30,510 bases of DNA from contig CAZLIB010000001.1 in NCBI GenBank assembly GCA_964559465.1, positions 1 to 30,510 of the forward strand. Reading direction: 5' to 3'. The notes under the pieces were generated by a model. The model was not told the DNA's origin. It made no database searches and saw only the letters and a list, made by a program, of their open reading frames with translations. Source of the stretch: an uncultured Lachnospiraceae bacterium (GTDB taxonomy: Bacteria > Bacillota > Clostridia > Oscillospirales > CAG-272). Positions 9,866-18,785 of this stretch are shown here, piece by piece. The number at the start of each line of letters is the position of its first letter. Positions within the stretch are counted from its first letter, which is position 1. The position numbers were made by a program, and so were the translations under genes.

Positions 9866-11371
9866 TTATTTAAAGAAATCAACGATTGCGTTAACGTCTT
9901 TCTCCTTGCTTTGCAACAAGCTCTCTACCTGAGAAGCAGGAAGCTGAATTGCTTCCGCAAAGAACGAGGAAAGGGTTGTAAACGTATCAGAATAATAGGG
10001 TGTCAAGCCAACAGTTTCAAATGAGTTGATATCGGGATAGAAGGCTGTGATATAGTCGTTTACTATTGTATTTGACTGATAATCGTCACTGTTGATAACG
10101 TAGGTAGAAGCGCTGATGTGACCCGCTTCTGCCCAGTCAGTACCTATGCTGCCTGTCTGAGTAAACCATCTTACGAATTCACAGATAGCTGCCTTTTTGC
10201 TAATATCGGTAACTGTAGTCGTCATTGCAAAGAAGTGACTGTCTCCGAATACCTTATCACCGTTTTCTCCGTTTTCATCCATTACAAACCAGTTGGAAAG
10301 AGATGTTGCTCCAATACGGTCCTGCATTACTGCCTCTTTAGAAAGACCGCCGTTCTGCTGACCGTAGGAGGTAAGGATGGAATTCAAGTTCCAAGGCATA
10401 CCGACAAAGAACAACGCCTTATTTGACAAGAAATCGTTCAAGGCTGCCGATTCGCTCTTGCCGAGGGGAGCATAACCGAGATCGGAAAGCTCTTTAATAG
10501 ATGCTATAGCATTTGTAAATGCCTTTCGGTTAGTTTCATCCGAATACCAATCAGCTTTGAATTCATCGTTATAGAAATGTCCGCCGTTCTGAATAACAGC
10601 CGTTGGAAAAGTGTAGTTTGCAAAGAAGTCGAGAGTAGTTGACCAAGAAATCGGAGTGTTACCCTCTCCATTTTTGAACTGTCTGCAAAGCTCTAACAAT
10701 TCCTCTCTCGTTGTGGGTAATTCACCGCCGTACTTTGCAAGCAGCTGCTTGTTATAATAAACGACCTGACTCTGAGCATCCACGGGAACGCCGAAGGTAT
10801 ATCCCTCATATCCAAGAGATGCATACTGAGACAAGCTTGTAGAATAGTCGTTCATATTGATTTCAATACCGGACGCGTTCAATGCCTCGTCAAAGGGCTG
10901 AATTATCTTGCTGTCCGCAAAGGCAGCATGTCCCTTTTGGTGAGACATGATCAAATCGGGAGCATTAGTGTTTTGAAGGATCTGATTCGTTACTGTGGAT
11001 TCAAAGCTTGACTGATTAAGGGCTGTCAGATTAACATAGATCCTTCCCGTATACAGAGCATTGAATTCAGCAATGATTATTTCCAATGCCGCAAGGTCTT
11101 CTCCCGTAACTACGCTCGTAAGATTAATTTCAATTTCATCGAACACTACATTTCCGTCATCGTCCTTTTCCAAGGAACCAGTTGTCGTCCACCAGGGATT
11201 TTCGATGGAGCTTGAGGTAGATCCCTGCTCGTGACCGCAATTTGTGCAAACACCGTCAACGTAGCTATGTCCGTTTTTGCAGGTATCGTTATCTCCAATA
11301 CAAGCCGTAAATGACATACATACCATCAATGCACACATTAAGAATGCAATAATTCTAACAATCTTTTTCAT
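9866..11371 (-). CDS. Sugar ABC solute-binding lipoprotein with N-terminal Cys/His mini-module
   Basis: Signal peptide with lipobox FTAC; IAEFN, APDL, FGVP, VYYNKQLL and PTT family-1 SBP motifs; AGGAG RBS. Confidence 0.88.
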   Translation of the reverse strand: MKKIVRIIAFLMCALMVCMSFTACIGDNDTCKNGHSYVDGVCTNCGHEQGSTSSSIENPWWTTTGSLEKDDDGNVVFDEIEINLTSVVTGEDLAALEIIIAEFNALYTGRIYVNLTALNQSSFESTVTNQILQNTNAPDLIMSHQKGHAAFADSKIIQPFDEALNASGIEINMNDYSTSLSQYASLGYEGYTFGVPVDAQSQVVYYNKQLLAKYGGELPTTREELLELCRQFKNGEGNTPISWSTTLDFFANYTFPTAVIQNGGHFYNDEFKADWYSDETNRKAFTNAIASIKELSDLGYAPLGKSESAALNDFLSNKALFFVGMPWNLNSILTSYGQQNGGLSKEAVMQDRIGATSLSNWFVMDENGENGDKVFGDSHFFAMTTTVTDISKKAAICEFVRWFTQTGSIGTDWAEAGHISASTYVINSDDYQSNTIVNDYITAFYPDINSFETVGLTPYYSDTFTTLSSFFAEAIQLPASQVESLLQSKEKDVNAIVDFFK

Positions 11372-11432
11372 AAATATCTCCTATATAAATTCTTTGCTTC
11401 AACCAAGTAGCTATAGCTGCTCGGTGATATCT

Positions 11433-13442
11433 TTACTGCTTCTGCAAATGAATTACGAATCCGCCGTTCTTTGCAAGATTTAAAATTTCCTTCATTTGAG
11501 AATTTACGTTTTCTATCGTTTTTGTTACAGCATCGCCGCTGTCCTGATAATAGGTCGCTGAGTATTCCCCGTCGCCAAGGAAGCTGAAGTCGATTTCAAC
11601 CGAACGCTCCATAACCTGATTAATTGCCGCAACATACCAATCGTCGCCTACTCTCAGCGCGGCCATATAATATCCGTCAAGCTCACCGCCAAGAAATACA
11701 GTTTCATCCTTCACCGCGGGAAGCTCTCTGAAAAACTCATTATAGAGCTCCTGCTGATATACTGATGCAAGATCCGCCATACTGGGTAGACCCGATTCAT
11801 AAAGCACTGCCAAGGCAAGCTGATGTCCGACAGTGAGACCGGATGAGAGAGGATTTACAACGGGTGTAAAGTCCGTTGGTCCGATAATATTTCTGATAAA
11901 CATTGAGTTTACCGTGACAGCGCTGCTGACATTCTTCATTTCATTACCGCGGATAGCCTCTCTGTTGAGAACGTGAGGATAAATCCTTCTTTCTCCTGTA
12001 GGCTTGTTAGCACCGTGACAGTTAACGACCAACTCAAGCTCAGCAGTTACCTGATATATCATCTCATAATATTCGATGGTCTCTATATCCTCACCCTGAT
12101 GCGTCTGGGTGGTAGAGGTCTGTCCGTCAAAGAAGTCTATTTTTATACCGTCAATACCAAGACTCTTCCAATATGTAAGCTTGCTCTTCAAGGCAGCGTA
12201 GTTGCCGTTAGCAAATTCAGGAAACGCATTACACCACACGATTACCTTAATTCCCTTACTATGAGCAAGCTCGCAAAATTCCTGAAGCTTAAAGTTACTG
12301 TTCCAACCACCGTCCAGAATTGTATATTTCCAACCCATTTCGGCAGCAAGCTCAAGATATTCCACCTGCATATCCCAGTTGTTCTGTGCTTCGCTTGCAA
12401 GCAACCAGTTCCATGCAACAAGTCCGGGCTCAACCCAATCGTAATCATAGGTTTTTTGCTCTTCCTCGCTCAACTCATCGTAGTTATCAGGCTTCCAATA
12501 TTCAGCGTCATCATATAATTTTTCTACAAGCTCGCTTTCAACTACCTCCTCCAAAGTACCAGTGATACCTAAACGCCAAGGAGATTCAAAGGGATAGCTT
12601 ATAACGTTATCATTTTCAATATCAATACCTGCAGGAGAATGCACGGTTTGCAATAATCTCTGGTTATCGCTGTCCTGAGGCACTTGCAGGAAAGAACCGT
12701 AATAGCCGCTGCCGATAAGCTGAGATTCAGTAATAAGAGAGTAAACGTCGCTCTCTCCTGCGCGATAAAGCATAGGCATAGAGATAATAGCGTCACCAAA
12801 ATTGTCGGGATTTTTGCGCTTATAGGCTTCCTCATATGAGAAGCAATCCATACCAGCGGTATTCGTAACATAGGCCTGTATCCAGGAGATGGAGTCCTCG
12901 GGAATCGCAAACTGACTTCGCTCAACGTCCACCGTAAGAGTTCCCTCTCCGCCGTCCACAGAGCGAACACCGTATCTGAATGCATATCCGTCATCGTAAG
13001 CTCTGAAAGTGATGTCGAGATAATAATTCAGTCCTAAAAAGGTCAGCATAAGCTCGTTACACCTTGCGTTCACCTCTGTATTCTTACCCGAAATGTTATT
13101 ATAAGTAATGTCAATTGTTCGAGTTTCTTCAGATACGAATGTCAGCATCTGAGAGAGGTCTTCCTCAAGAAAGGTAAATCCTAACGCAGAGTAATCCAGC
13201 ACCGTAATATCTCCGTCCTCTACCTTGTAATAAGGCGTTCCGAAATCGTCGAGAACAAAGGTGACATTTATTCCCCCGTCGGGCGCTTCTACGTTCCATT
13301 GCTGTCCGGTTATAACGTCGCCGCCGCTATTGGTAGTGGTGGTCTGCGGAAACAAGCCGGGAATATTAATATTGCAGGAAACAAGTGATAACGTTCCCAG
13401 GGCAAGTGAAATTAACAATAAAATTACAATAATTCGTTTCAT
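11433..13442 (-). CDS. GH97 glycoside hydrolase lipoprotein, predicted retaining type
   Basis: Lipobox LVSC and Thr linker; FRAYDDGYAFRY, SPWR, WVEPG, LDGGW, GIKIDFFD, NCHGANKPTG, REAIRGNE, GPTDFTP. Confidence 0.88.
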   Translation of the reverse strand: MKRIIVILLLISLALGTLSLVSCNINIPGLFPQTTTTNSGGDVITGQQWNVEAPDGGINVTFVLDDFGTPYYKVEDGDITVLDYSALGFTFLEEDLSQMLTFVSEETRTIDITYNNISGKNTEVNARCNELMLTFLGLNYYLDITFRAYDDGYAFRYGVRSVDGGEGTLTVDVERSQFAIPEDSISWIQAYVTNTAGMDCFSYEEAYKRKNPDNFGDAIISMPMLYRAGESDVYSLITESQLIGSGYYGSFLQVPQDSDNQRLLQTVHSPAGIDIENDNVISYPFESPWRLGITGTLEEVVESELVEKLYDDAEYWKPDNYDELSEEEQKTYDYDWVEPGLVAWNWLLASEAQNNWDMQVEYLELAAEMGWKYTILDGGWNSNFKLQEFCELAHSKGIKVIVWCNAFPEFANGNYAALKSKLTYWKSLGIDGIKIDFFDGQTSTTQTHQGEDIETIEYYEMIYQVTAELELVVNCHGANKPTGERRIYPHVLNREAIRGNEMKNVSSAVTVNSMFIRNIIGPTDFTPVVNPLSSGLTVGHQLALAVLYESGLPSMADLASVYQQELYNEFFRELPAVKDETVFLGGELDGYYMAALRVGDDWYVAAINQVMERSVEIDFSFLGDGEYSATYYQDSGDAVTKTIENVNSQMKEILNLAKNGGFVIHLQKQ

Positions 13443-13465
13443 AGCTTTTACCTGTCAGTTATTTT

Positions 13466-15256
13466 TTAAGGAAGCTGTCCGATAATACTATCCCTGAGCA
13501 TAGAAATATAATAGTTCAATCTTTCAGGAGTAGCTTCATCAAGGAAAGGAACAATGTATGTTTCCGCTGCGGTAGCATTTACGATGGATTTACCAGTCAA
13601 CGCGCCCTGCAGAGTGTGGAATTGTTCAGGATCGCCGATTTGAAGCAGAGTCTGAATTCTGGAGTCAGAGCTGTTTTGGAAGCTGTCACTCTGAACCACT
13701 TCCTTGTTAAGAGGATAGAAGCCCGTCTTGCCCATATCAGCCATATTTTTGGTAGCGTAATCTGCAAATACCGCGCCTGCAATAAGTTGCATAATGTTCA
13801 CATTCTTTGCACGATAAAACTGGATACCAATCGTTTGAATCGGAATATACTGATAATTTGCTTTATCGCTGTCTGCAAACAATCCGCTGATAGGCATTAC
13901 ACCGATATTGCTGCTTGTATTAACGCTTGTAGCAGCCCAGTTTATAACTCCCATCAAAGCGTTGCCGGAACTAACCATAAGTTTAGCCGTATCATCGGTA
14001 TATTCGTTTGATCCGCCGTTCAAGCCGCCAACATAACCGTTGGTGTTGAAAAGATCGTAAATATTCTGCATAGCAATGAGAGCGTTGGTCATTTCTTCGC
14101 CCCAATTGTTTACGTAGTTACCGTCCACGTATTCGTAATAGTTAGCGTCATTCTGCATAAACGAGCCCATACTTGTTATTTCCTTATAAGTCCAAGTAGT
14201 GTTCGTAAAAATGGAATAGTAGTTGTCGTTGGTTTGTCTTTCTCCCTTAAAGGAGTTAGCAAGAAGAGTCTTGAATTCAGTATAGCTTGAAGGAAGAGCA
14301 TTTTCTCCGTTATACTTTGTCATAAGATCCTTGTTATAAATAATGTAAGGAACACTTGCGTACATCGGAATCGTATGCAGCTTGCCGTCAATAAAGCATT
14401 CCTCAGCGCCATACCAATCGTCAACGCTGTATTCATATCCGAGAAGGTTATAAAGATCAGCAGCGTCATAATAATTGGAGCTTGTGTTTGCTCCGGGAGT
14501 CTGCTGAATACGGATAGCAACGTTCTCCTGTCCTGCGGAATCCAGGTCAGTAATAAGATTGATCTTGATTCTTCCGTTATAGAGATAGTTGAAATTATTT
14601 ATAATTTTCTGCCACGTATCCTTTGTCCCGAAATCGCTGGAGAGCCAAACGTTAAGCTGTATTCCCTCAAACACGATATTGCCCTCACCGTCACGAACGA
14701 TGGTAGGATCGTACACATAGGAAGGATAAAGGGTAAGATCGCCCGTTATAACGTCATTTTCCATATCCCATTCCTGCGTATGCTCAGCATCGGTGTACCA
14801 CTTGTCGTAATACATACCGAGAATCGGGCATTCGGGAAGCAATCCCGCGGAAATGGTCTTGTTCTCCTCAACGCTTACAGTTGCGAGACCATAATCCGCA
14901 TAATTATAATCAATAGTCAGCGTATATTTCGTAGCATTCTTTATCCACAATGCATACAAAGTAATATCCGCATTGATATAATTCATAAAATCGAATTTTT
15001 CCGTGCACTCCTTATCGGTGTACCAGCCGGCGAGAGTATATCCGCTTCTGGTCGCCTTCCACTGAGTAGCACGGGTATTTGCTTTAACCTGTACAGTCTT
15101 GGTCTGCCCGCCCTCGTAGTTGAGGTCGTATATTACGTCATATTTATCTTTGACCACAGTCTGCTCCGGCAAGTCAAAGATATTACAGCCCGAGAGGGTA
15201 CTCAAAAGCAAAGCAAACAGCAACATTAAAGTTGTTATTCTTGTTATTTTTTTCAT
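13466..15256 (-). CDS. Lipoprotein with two InlB B-repeat-like (Listeria-Bacteroides repeat) domains fused to a sugar solute-binding domain
   Basis: Lipobox LSGC; repeats RSGYTLAGWYTD...FDF...DITLYALW and WYTD...WDM...GDLTLYP; then INNFN, TIPM..SVPYIIYNKDL and LPSSY SBP motifs. Confidence 0.78.
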   Translation of the reverse strand: MKKITRITTLMLLFALLLSTLSGCNIFDLPEQTVVKDKYDVIYDLNYEGGQTKTVQVKANTRATQWKATRSGYTLAGWYTDKECTEKFDFMNYINADITLYALWIKNATKYTLTIDYNYADYGLATVSVEENKTISAGLLPECPILGMYYDKWYTDAEHTQEWDMENDVITGDLTLYPSYVYDPTIVRDGEGNIVFEGIQLNVWLSSDFGTKDTWQKIINNFNYLYNGRIKINLITDLDSAGQENVAIRIQQTPGANTSSNYYDAADLYNLLGYEYSVDDWYGAEECFIDGKLHTIPMYASVPYIIYNKDLMTKYNGENALPSSYTEFKTLLANSFKGERQTNDNYYSIFTNTTWTYKEITSMGSFMQNDANYYEYVDGNYVNNWGEEMTNALIAMQNIYDLFNTNGYVGGLNGGSNEYTDDTAKLMVSSGNALMGVINWAATSVNTSSNIGVMPISGLFADSDKANYQYIPIQTIGIQFYRAKNVNIMQLIAGAVFADYATKNMADMGKTGFYPLNKEVVQSDSFQNSSDSRIQTLLQIGDPEQFHTLQGALTGKSIVNATAAETYIVPFLDEATPERLNYYISMLRDSIIGQLP

Positions 15257-15275
15257 TTTTTATACCTCATTATTC

Positions 15276-15310
15276 CACTTAAGGAGAGATTTAAAATCTC
15301 TCCTTAAGTG
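15276..15310 (-). other. Perfect intergenic inverted repeat (about 16-bp stem) without a U-tract
   Basis: CACTTAAGGAGAGATTT-A-AAATCTCTCCTTAAGTG, ending about 7 nt before the GAGGT RBS of the 15256 gene. Confidence 0.75.
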
Positions 15311-15362
15311 TCTTAACCGTTAAATTATTGGATAATATTAATCAGTTGTATTAAATTAAAGC

Positions 15363-18308
15363 TCATTCCCAGCCCAATACTCCCAAGAAGGATGTGGAGT
15401 ACTTGAAATTCTTCATATTGACAGTAGCTTCAGTACTACCCCAGCCGTCGCCTTGGCACATACCTACGGATGTGATAGTATCACCTGAAATCGTAATACC
15501 CCAGTCTCTGTAGTGAATGATATTGCCTGCAGTGTCGCAATAACCGCCCCAAAGTACGCCGTCAGTGTCAACTACAAGTACAAAATAGAGGTCTCCGGTG
15601 AGGAGCTTCTTTCCGTTATCTGTCCAAGAACTGGTTTCGTCGCTTATCTTTATAAGACTGCTATCATCAGTTGCGTTCTGATAATCGCCCCATCCGTTGC
15701 TTGCGCGGACTATAGAGCCGCTATAGCCATCTACCTTGCCCTTGTACACGCTGCCAAGCCAATACGTTGCTCCTGTGTTATCAGTTACGCTGAGACCGAA
15801 GGAGATCTCACCGTCGTTGATTATAGCGTTCATATCTTCCTCAGAGAGCTGAAGCTTCACAGAAAGGTAAATATCAGAGCCCTTGCTGAGATTTGACTTG
15901 ATGGTAACGCTTGCTCTGGAATTTGTATCATATGCATAATCACCTGTTACAGGATTATAGTCAAGTGCCTTAACAGCTTCGCCCTCAACGAATGCGTCTG
16001 CAAGTGAGAACTCTACGGCAGGAGTAAGAAGATCTACCGTGTCAAGAGTTACGGGAATATTGCCGATGGTGGACTTAAGAACGTAAGTACCCATCTTTAC
16101 GTTTTCAAGAGTAAATTTATTGTCCGCAATAGTTACGGAAGCAACCTTTGTGTCGCCGCTATATACGTCAACGGCAAGACCGTTTGCCTGCCAAGCCTCA
16201 TCAACCGTAAAGGTTGCAAGCTCAACTGTCTCATTTGCGCCGCACTTTGTGCAAACACCGTCCTCAAAGCTATGTCCTGCAGGCTCAAGATTCCAAGAAT
16301 TTCTTGCGATCTCCTTAGTTCCCTCTGCATCTGCAAAATATTCGCCGCAATCGCATCTATAATATTCCGCGCTTCCGCCAAGGCAAGAGTCGCCAACTGC
16401 CTCTACCTTAGTGAGAGTATGTGTATGCTCGATATTGGTCCAACTGATGTTGGAGTATTGACCTGTCAAGCCGTAGTTATGGAAGTTCATTATCCAAGAA
16501 CCGTTCCAGCTGCTCGCATTGGAGGAATTCCATTCGATTATTCTTTCACATTTCAGGTCGGGATTTGAGATCAGCCAAGCTCTCATAATAATAACGGAAT
16601 GATCGATATGAACAAGTCTCGTAAGCTCAAATCTTATACCCTGGCTGATATCCAAGCCACCAATATAAACCTCATACCACTTAGAGCCTTCAGGGAAGTT
16701 GGGAGCGTTAAGAAGCACCTTCTGGTTTCTTGCGTCGTATCCGAACTGGATAGCCTCGCCGCCTCTCATAACGTCGCGGTTTTCAAGAACCATTCTCTGA
16801 TCTCCGTCACCGTTGGTTTCGCCGGGAATATAGTCCCAAGTAAACGTAAAGTCTCCGGAGAGGAAAATATAAGGAGCCAACATACCGCTGTTGAAGCCTG
16901 TAACTGTAGTATTTGTGAAATCAAGATTGATACCGCGCTCATCGGTTACGTCATTAACCGTGAAGTTTTTGTTATCGGTATTTACAGAGTCGGAAGCCCA
17001 TGTGTCGGGAGCGTAAGTGTTTATCCAATTCTTGCCGCCGTCCAAAAGCTCGTCGAGCTTTGTTCTTACCTGCTCGCCGCTATAGTAAACGATATTGGAT
17101 ACGGTCGTACCGTTCATTGCGTGACCGAAAATACCGGGTCTGGAATCTACGTCTGCATATTGTTCAAGCTGAACAGCCATTACAAGCTGATCGTTAATAA
17201 ATGCGTAGAAGGTCTTACCGTCACGAACGGTTGCAACCTTAACTGTTTGTGCTGCGTCAACATCAATGCCAAGAAGCTCATTAACCTTGTATTGATAGAA
17301 AATGTTATTGTTTCCATCCCATTCGTTAAGTGTCCATTCATAGAGAGTCGGATAGAAATCGACTATCTTAACCGAGTAGTTCTGTTCGAAAACAACGCCT
17401 ACCCAACGGTTCGTTTCGTCGCCGTAGCTATGAGCAAGGCCTCTTACTATACCTTCAAGATCGTTATAGGAAATTTCTGCTTCTGCGTAGTAAAGCTTGC
17501 TGGGCTCAACGTCAAAGTGCATGATCGTAAAGCCCGTGTTGGTGGTGGTGAGCGTCTGCTCGGAGTCGGCAGCATACTGATTGCCTACGCTCCATGTGGT
17601 GTCCTGCCAATAAACAAGGCTTCTGTATACGTTTACGGGCAACTCCAAGGTCGTTGTGAGACCTTCGCCGCGTGTGTCGCTGACCGTGTATTTTACGGTG
17701 TATGTACCTGTAACGGAAGCCGTGAACTGACCCATTTCAATACTAGCATCTGCACTGTCGCAAGTGATAGTTACGTTAGCCGTGAGAGATTTGCCGTCAC
17801 TTGCCTGCGCCGTGGGAAGAGGCAACGCAACGGTCTTACCTGATAAAGCGTCAAGAGAGGTAACCTCGCCATCAAGTGTGATAACGGGAGCCTCAAGAGC
17901 CTTAACTTCAACCTCAACGCTGTCGGACTTGTCGTCAGCCGTAACGGTAACGGTTGCCTTACCTACCGCCAAAGCCGTGAGAGTATTGCCCTCCACCTTA
18001 ACAACGCTTTCATCTGAGGAGGTAACGGTAACGTCACATTCAAAATTCTCAGGGCTCAAGGCAACGGCAACGTCAACCGAGCTCACGCCTGCCCAAAGAA
18101 CGGCAATGTCCTCCTTGTTAGTGATTGAAACGCCCTCCAACGAAGGATCAGGATCAGGATCGGGATCGGGATCGGGATCAACCGTTGTAGTGGTTGTGGT
18201 TGTTGTGGTTGTGGTTGTTGGATTGATAATGTCTCCAAACCAATCACAAGAAGTCATCAAGGCTGCTATTATCACAAGGGATAATACCAAAATAATGATT
18301 CTTTTCAT
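15363..18308 (-). CDS. Large multidomain surface lipoprotein (Ig-like/Big_2 domains, Trp-rich beta-sandwich regions, Cys/His module); function unknown
   Basis: Lipobox MTSC; T12 and (DP)6 linker; Big_2-like VTSSDESVVKVEG..LTALAVGKATVTVT; Ig-like GTYTVKYTVSD; HTH..C..YYRCDCG..GHSFEDGVCTKCG. Confidence 0.8.
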   Translation of the reverse strand: MKRIIILVLSLVIIAALMTSCDWFGDIINPTTTTTTTTTTTTVDPDPDPDPDPDPSLEGVSITNKEDIAVLWAGVSSVDVAVALSPENFECDVTVTSSDESVVKVEGNTLTALAVGKATVTVTADDKSDSVEVEVKALEAPVITLDGEVTSLDALSGKTVALPLPTAQASDGKSLTANVTITCDSADASIEMGQFTASVTGTYTVKYTVSDTRGEGLTTTLELPVNVYRSLVYWQDTTWSVGNQYAADSEQTLTTTNTGFTIMHFDVEPSKLYYAEAEISYNDLEGIVRGLAHSYGDETNRWVGVVFEQNYSVKIVDFYPTLYEWTLNEWDGNNNIFYQYKVNELLGIDVDAAQTVKVATVRDGKTFYAFINDQLVMAVQLEQYADVDSRPGIFGHAMNGTTVSNIVYYSGEQVRTKLDELLDGGKNWINTYAPDTWASDSVNTDNKNFTVNDVTDERGINLDFTNTTVTGFNSGMLAPYIFLSGDFTFTWDYIPGETNGDGDQRMVLENRDVMRGGEAIQFGYDARNQKVLLNAPNFPEGSKWYEVYIGGLDISQGIRFELTRLVHIDHSVIIMRAWLISNPDLKCERIIEWNSSNASSWNGSWIMNFHNYGLTGQYSNISWTNIEHTHTLTKVEAVGDSCLGGSAEYYRCDCGEYFADAEGTKEIARNSWNLEPAGHSFEDGVCTKCGANETVELATFTVDEAWQANGLAVDVYSGDTKVASVTIADNKFTLENVKMGTYVLKSTIGNIPVTLDTVDLLTPAVEFSLADAFVEGEAVKALDYNPVTGDYAYDTNSRASVTIKSNLSKGSDIYLSVKLQLSEEDMNAIINDGEISFGLSVTDNTGATYWLGSVYKGKVDGYSGSIVRASNGWGDYQNATDDSSLIKISDETSSWTDNGKKLLTGDLYFVLVVDTDGVLWGGYCDTAGNIIHYRDWGITISGDTITSVGMCQGDGWGSTEATVNMKNFKYSTSFLGVLGWE
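18145..18219. repeat. Coding low-complexity tandem repeats: (GGATCR)x6 and a Thr-codon run encoding the DP/poly-Thr linker
   Basis: ggatca/ggatcg hexamers at 18145-18180 followed by gtt/ggt triplets. Confidence 0.9.
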
Positions 18309-18492
18309 AAAAACTGCACAGATATAGCAAATGGTTTATATCTGACCTCCTTTTCTCATAGTTTAAATTTTGAATGCGCCCATTTGCCACGCATTTTTCT
18401 TGACCGTATTTCAAGATTGATAAGCACACAATCAATAAGTACATTTTGTGCGATTTTCACAAAAATATATCTGTATTTCTTGCTACAATTTC

Positions 18493-18540
18493 ATTATATC
18501 ACTAATTCAAAAAACAATGCAATCATTAACTTTAATGTAA
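18493..18540 (-). promoter_or_regulatory. Sigma-A promoter of the lipoprotein/ABC operon with an upstream palindromic site
   Basis: Minus strand TTGCAT (18522-18517), 18 nt, extended -10 TGa-TATAAT (18498-18493); palindrome CATTAA-CT-TTAATG at 18524-18537. Confidence 0.65.
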
Positions 18541-18587
18541 TGGCATTTGAGCCTACGAATTAATAATTTCCAAGGCTCACTCTTTGC

Positions 18588-18785
18588 CTATTCCGTCACA
18601 AAAAGAGCACATCCCTGAGCTATAAACTGCTCAACCATTTCATCTAATTTTCGCTCACTCACACCGTAGAATACTGAAAGACAGCCTTTGCAGAAAAAGC
18701 TTTCCGCCCCGCGGTTAATAAGCTTTTTCGTGAGCGCAATTTCAACGGGTATAAGCTCCCTGCCGCACTCCCTGCATTTTGGCAT
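18588..18785 (-). CDS. Small Cys-rich putative zinc-binding protein (65 aa)
   Basis: ATG at 18785 overlaps the GH27 stop (TGATG) with a GGAGGTGG RBS; CRECG...CKGCL...GCALF. Confidence 0.78.
   Translation of the reverse strand: MPKCRECGRELIPVEIALTKKLINRGAESFFCKGCLSVFYGVSERKLDEMVEQFIAQGCALFVTE

Noticed and set aside
11402..11426. Small hairpin between GH97 and the SBP gene
   Set aside because: Short stem with a mismatch and a wobble; too weak to call.
14375..17843. Long plus-strand ORFs (14375-15229, 284 aa; 16599-17843, 414 aa)
   Set aside because: Antisense to real lipoprotein genes; expected from codon bias and without protein-like features.
18145..18219. Short tandem repeats as a CRISPR array or phase-variation tract
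   Set aside because: No spacers; units are multiples of 3 and degenerate, so they only encode a linker.
17764..18327. Plus-strand ORF with GSGSGS and poly-Val
   Set aside because: Mirror translation of the DP/Thr linker.
18244..18444. 66-aa minus-strand ORF as a leader peptide
   Set aside because: No RBS at its ATG, and it overlaps the lipoprotein start out of frame; the strong SD inside it has no suitably spaced canonical start.
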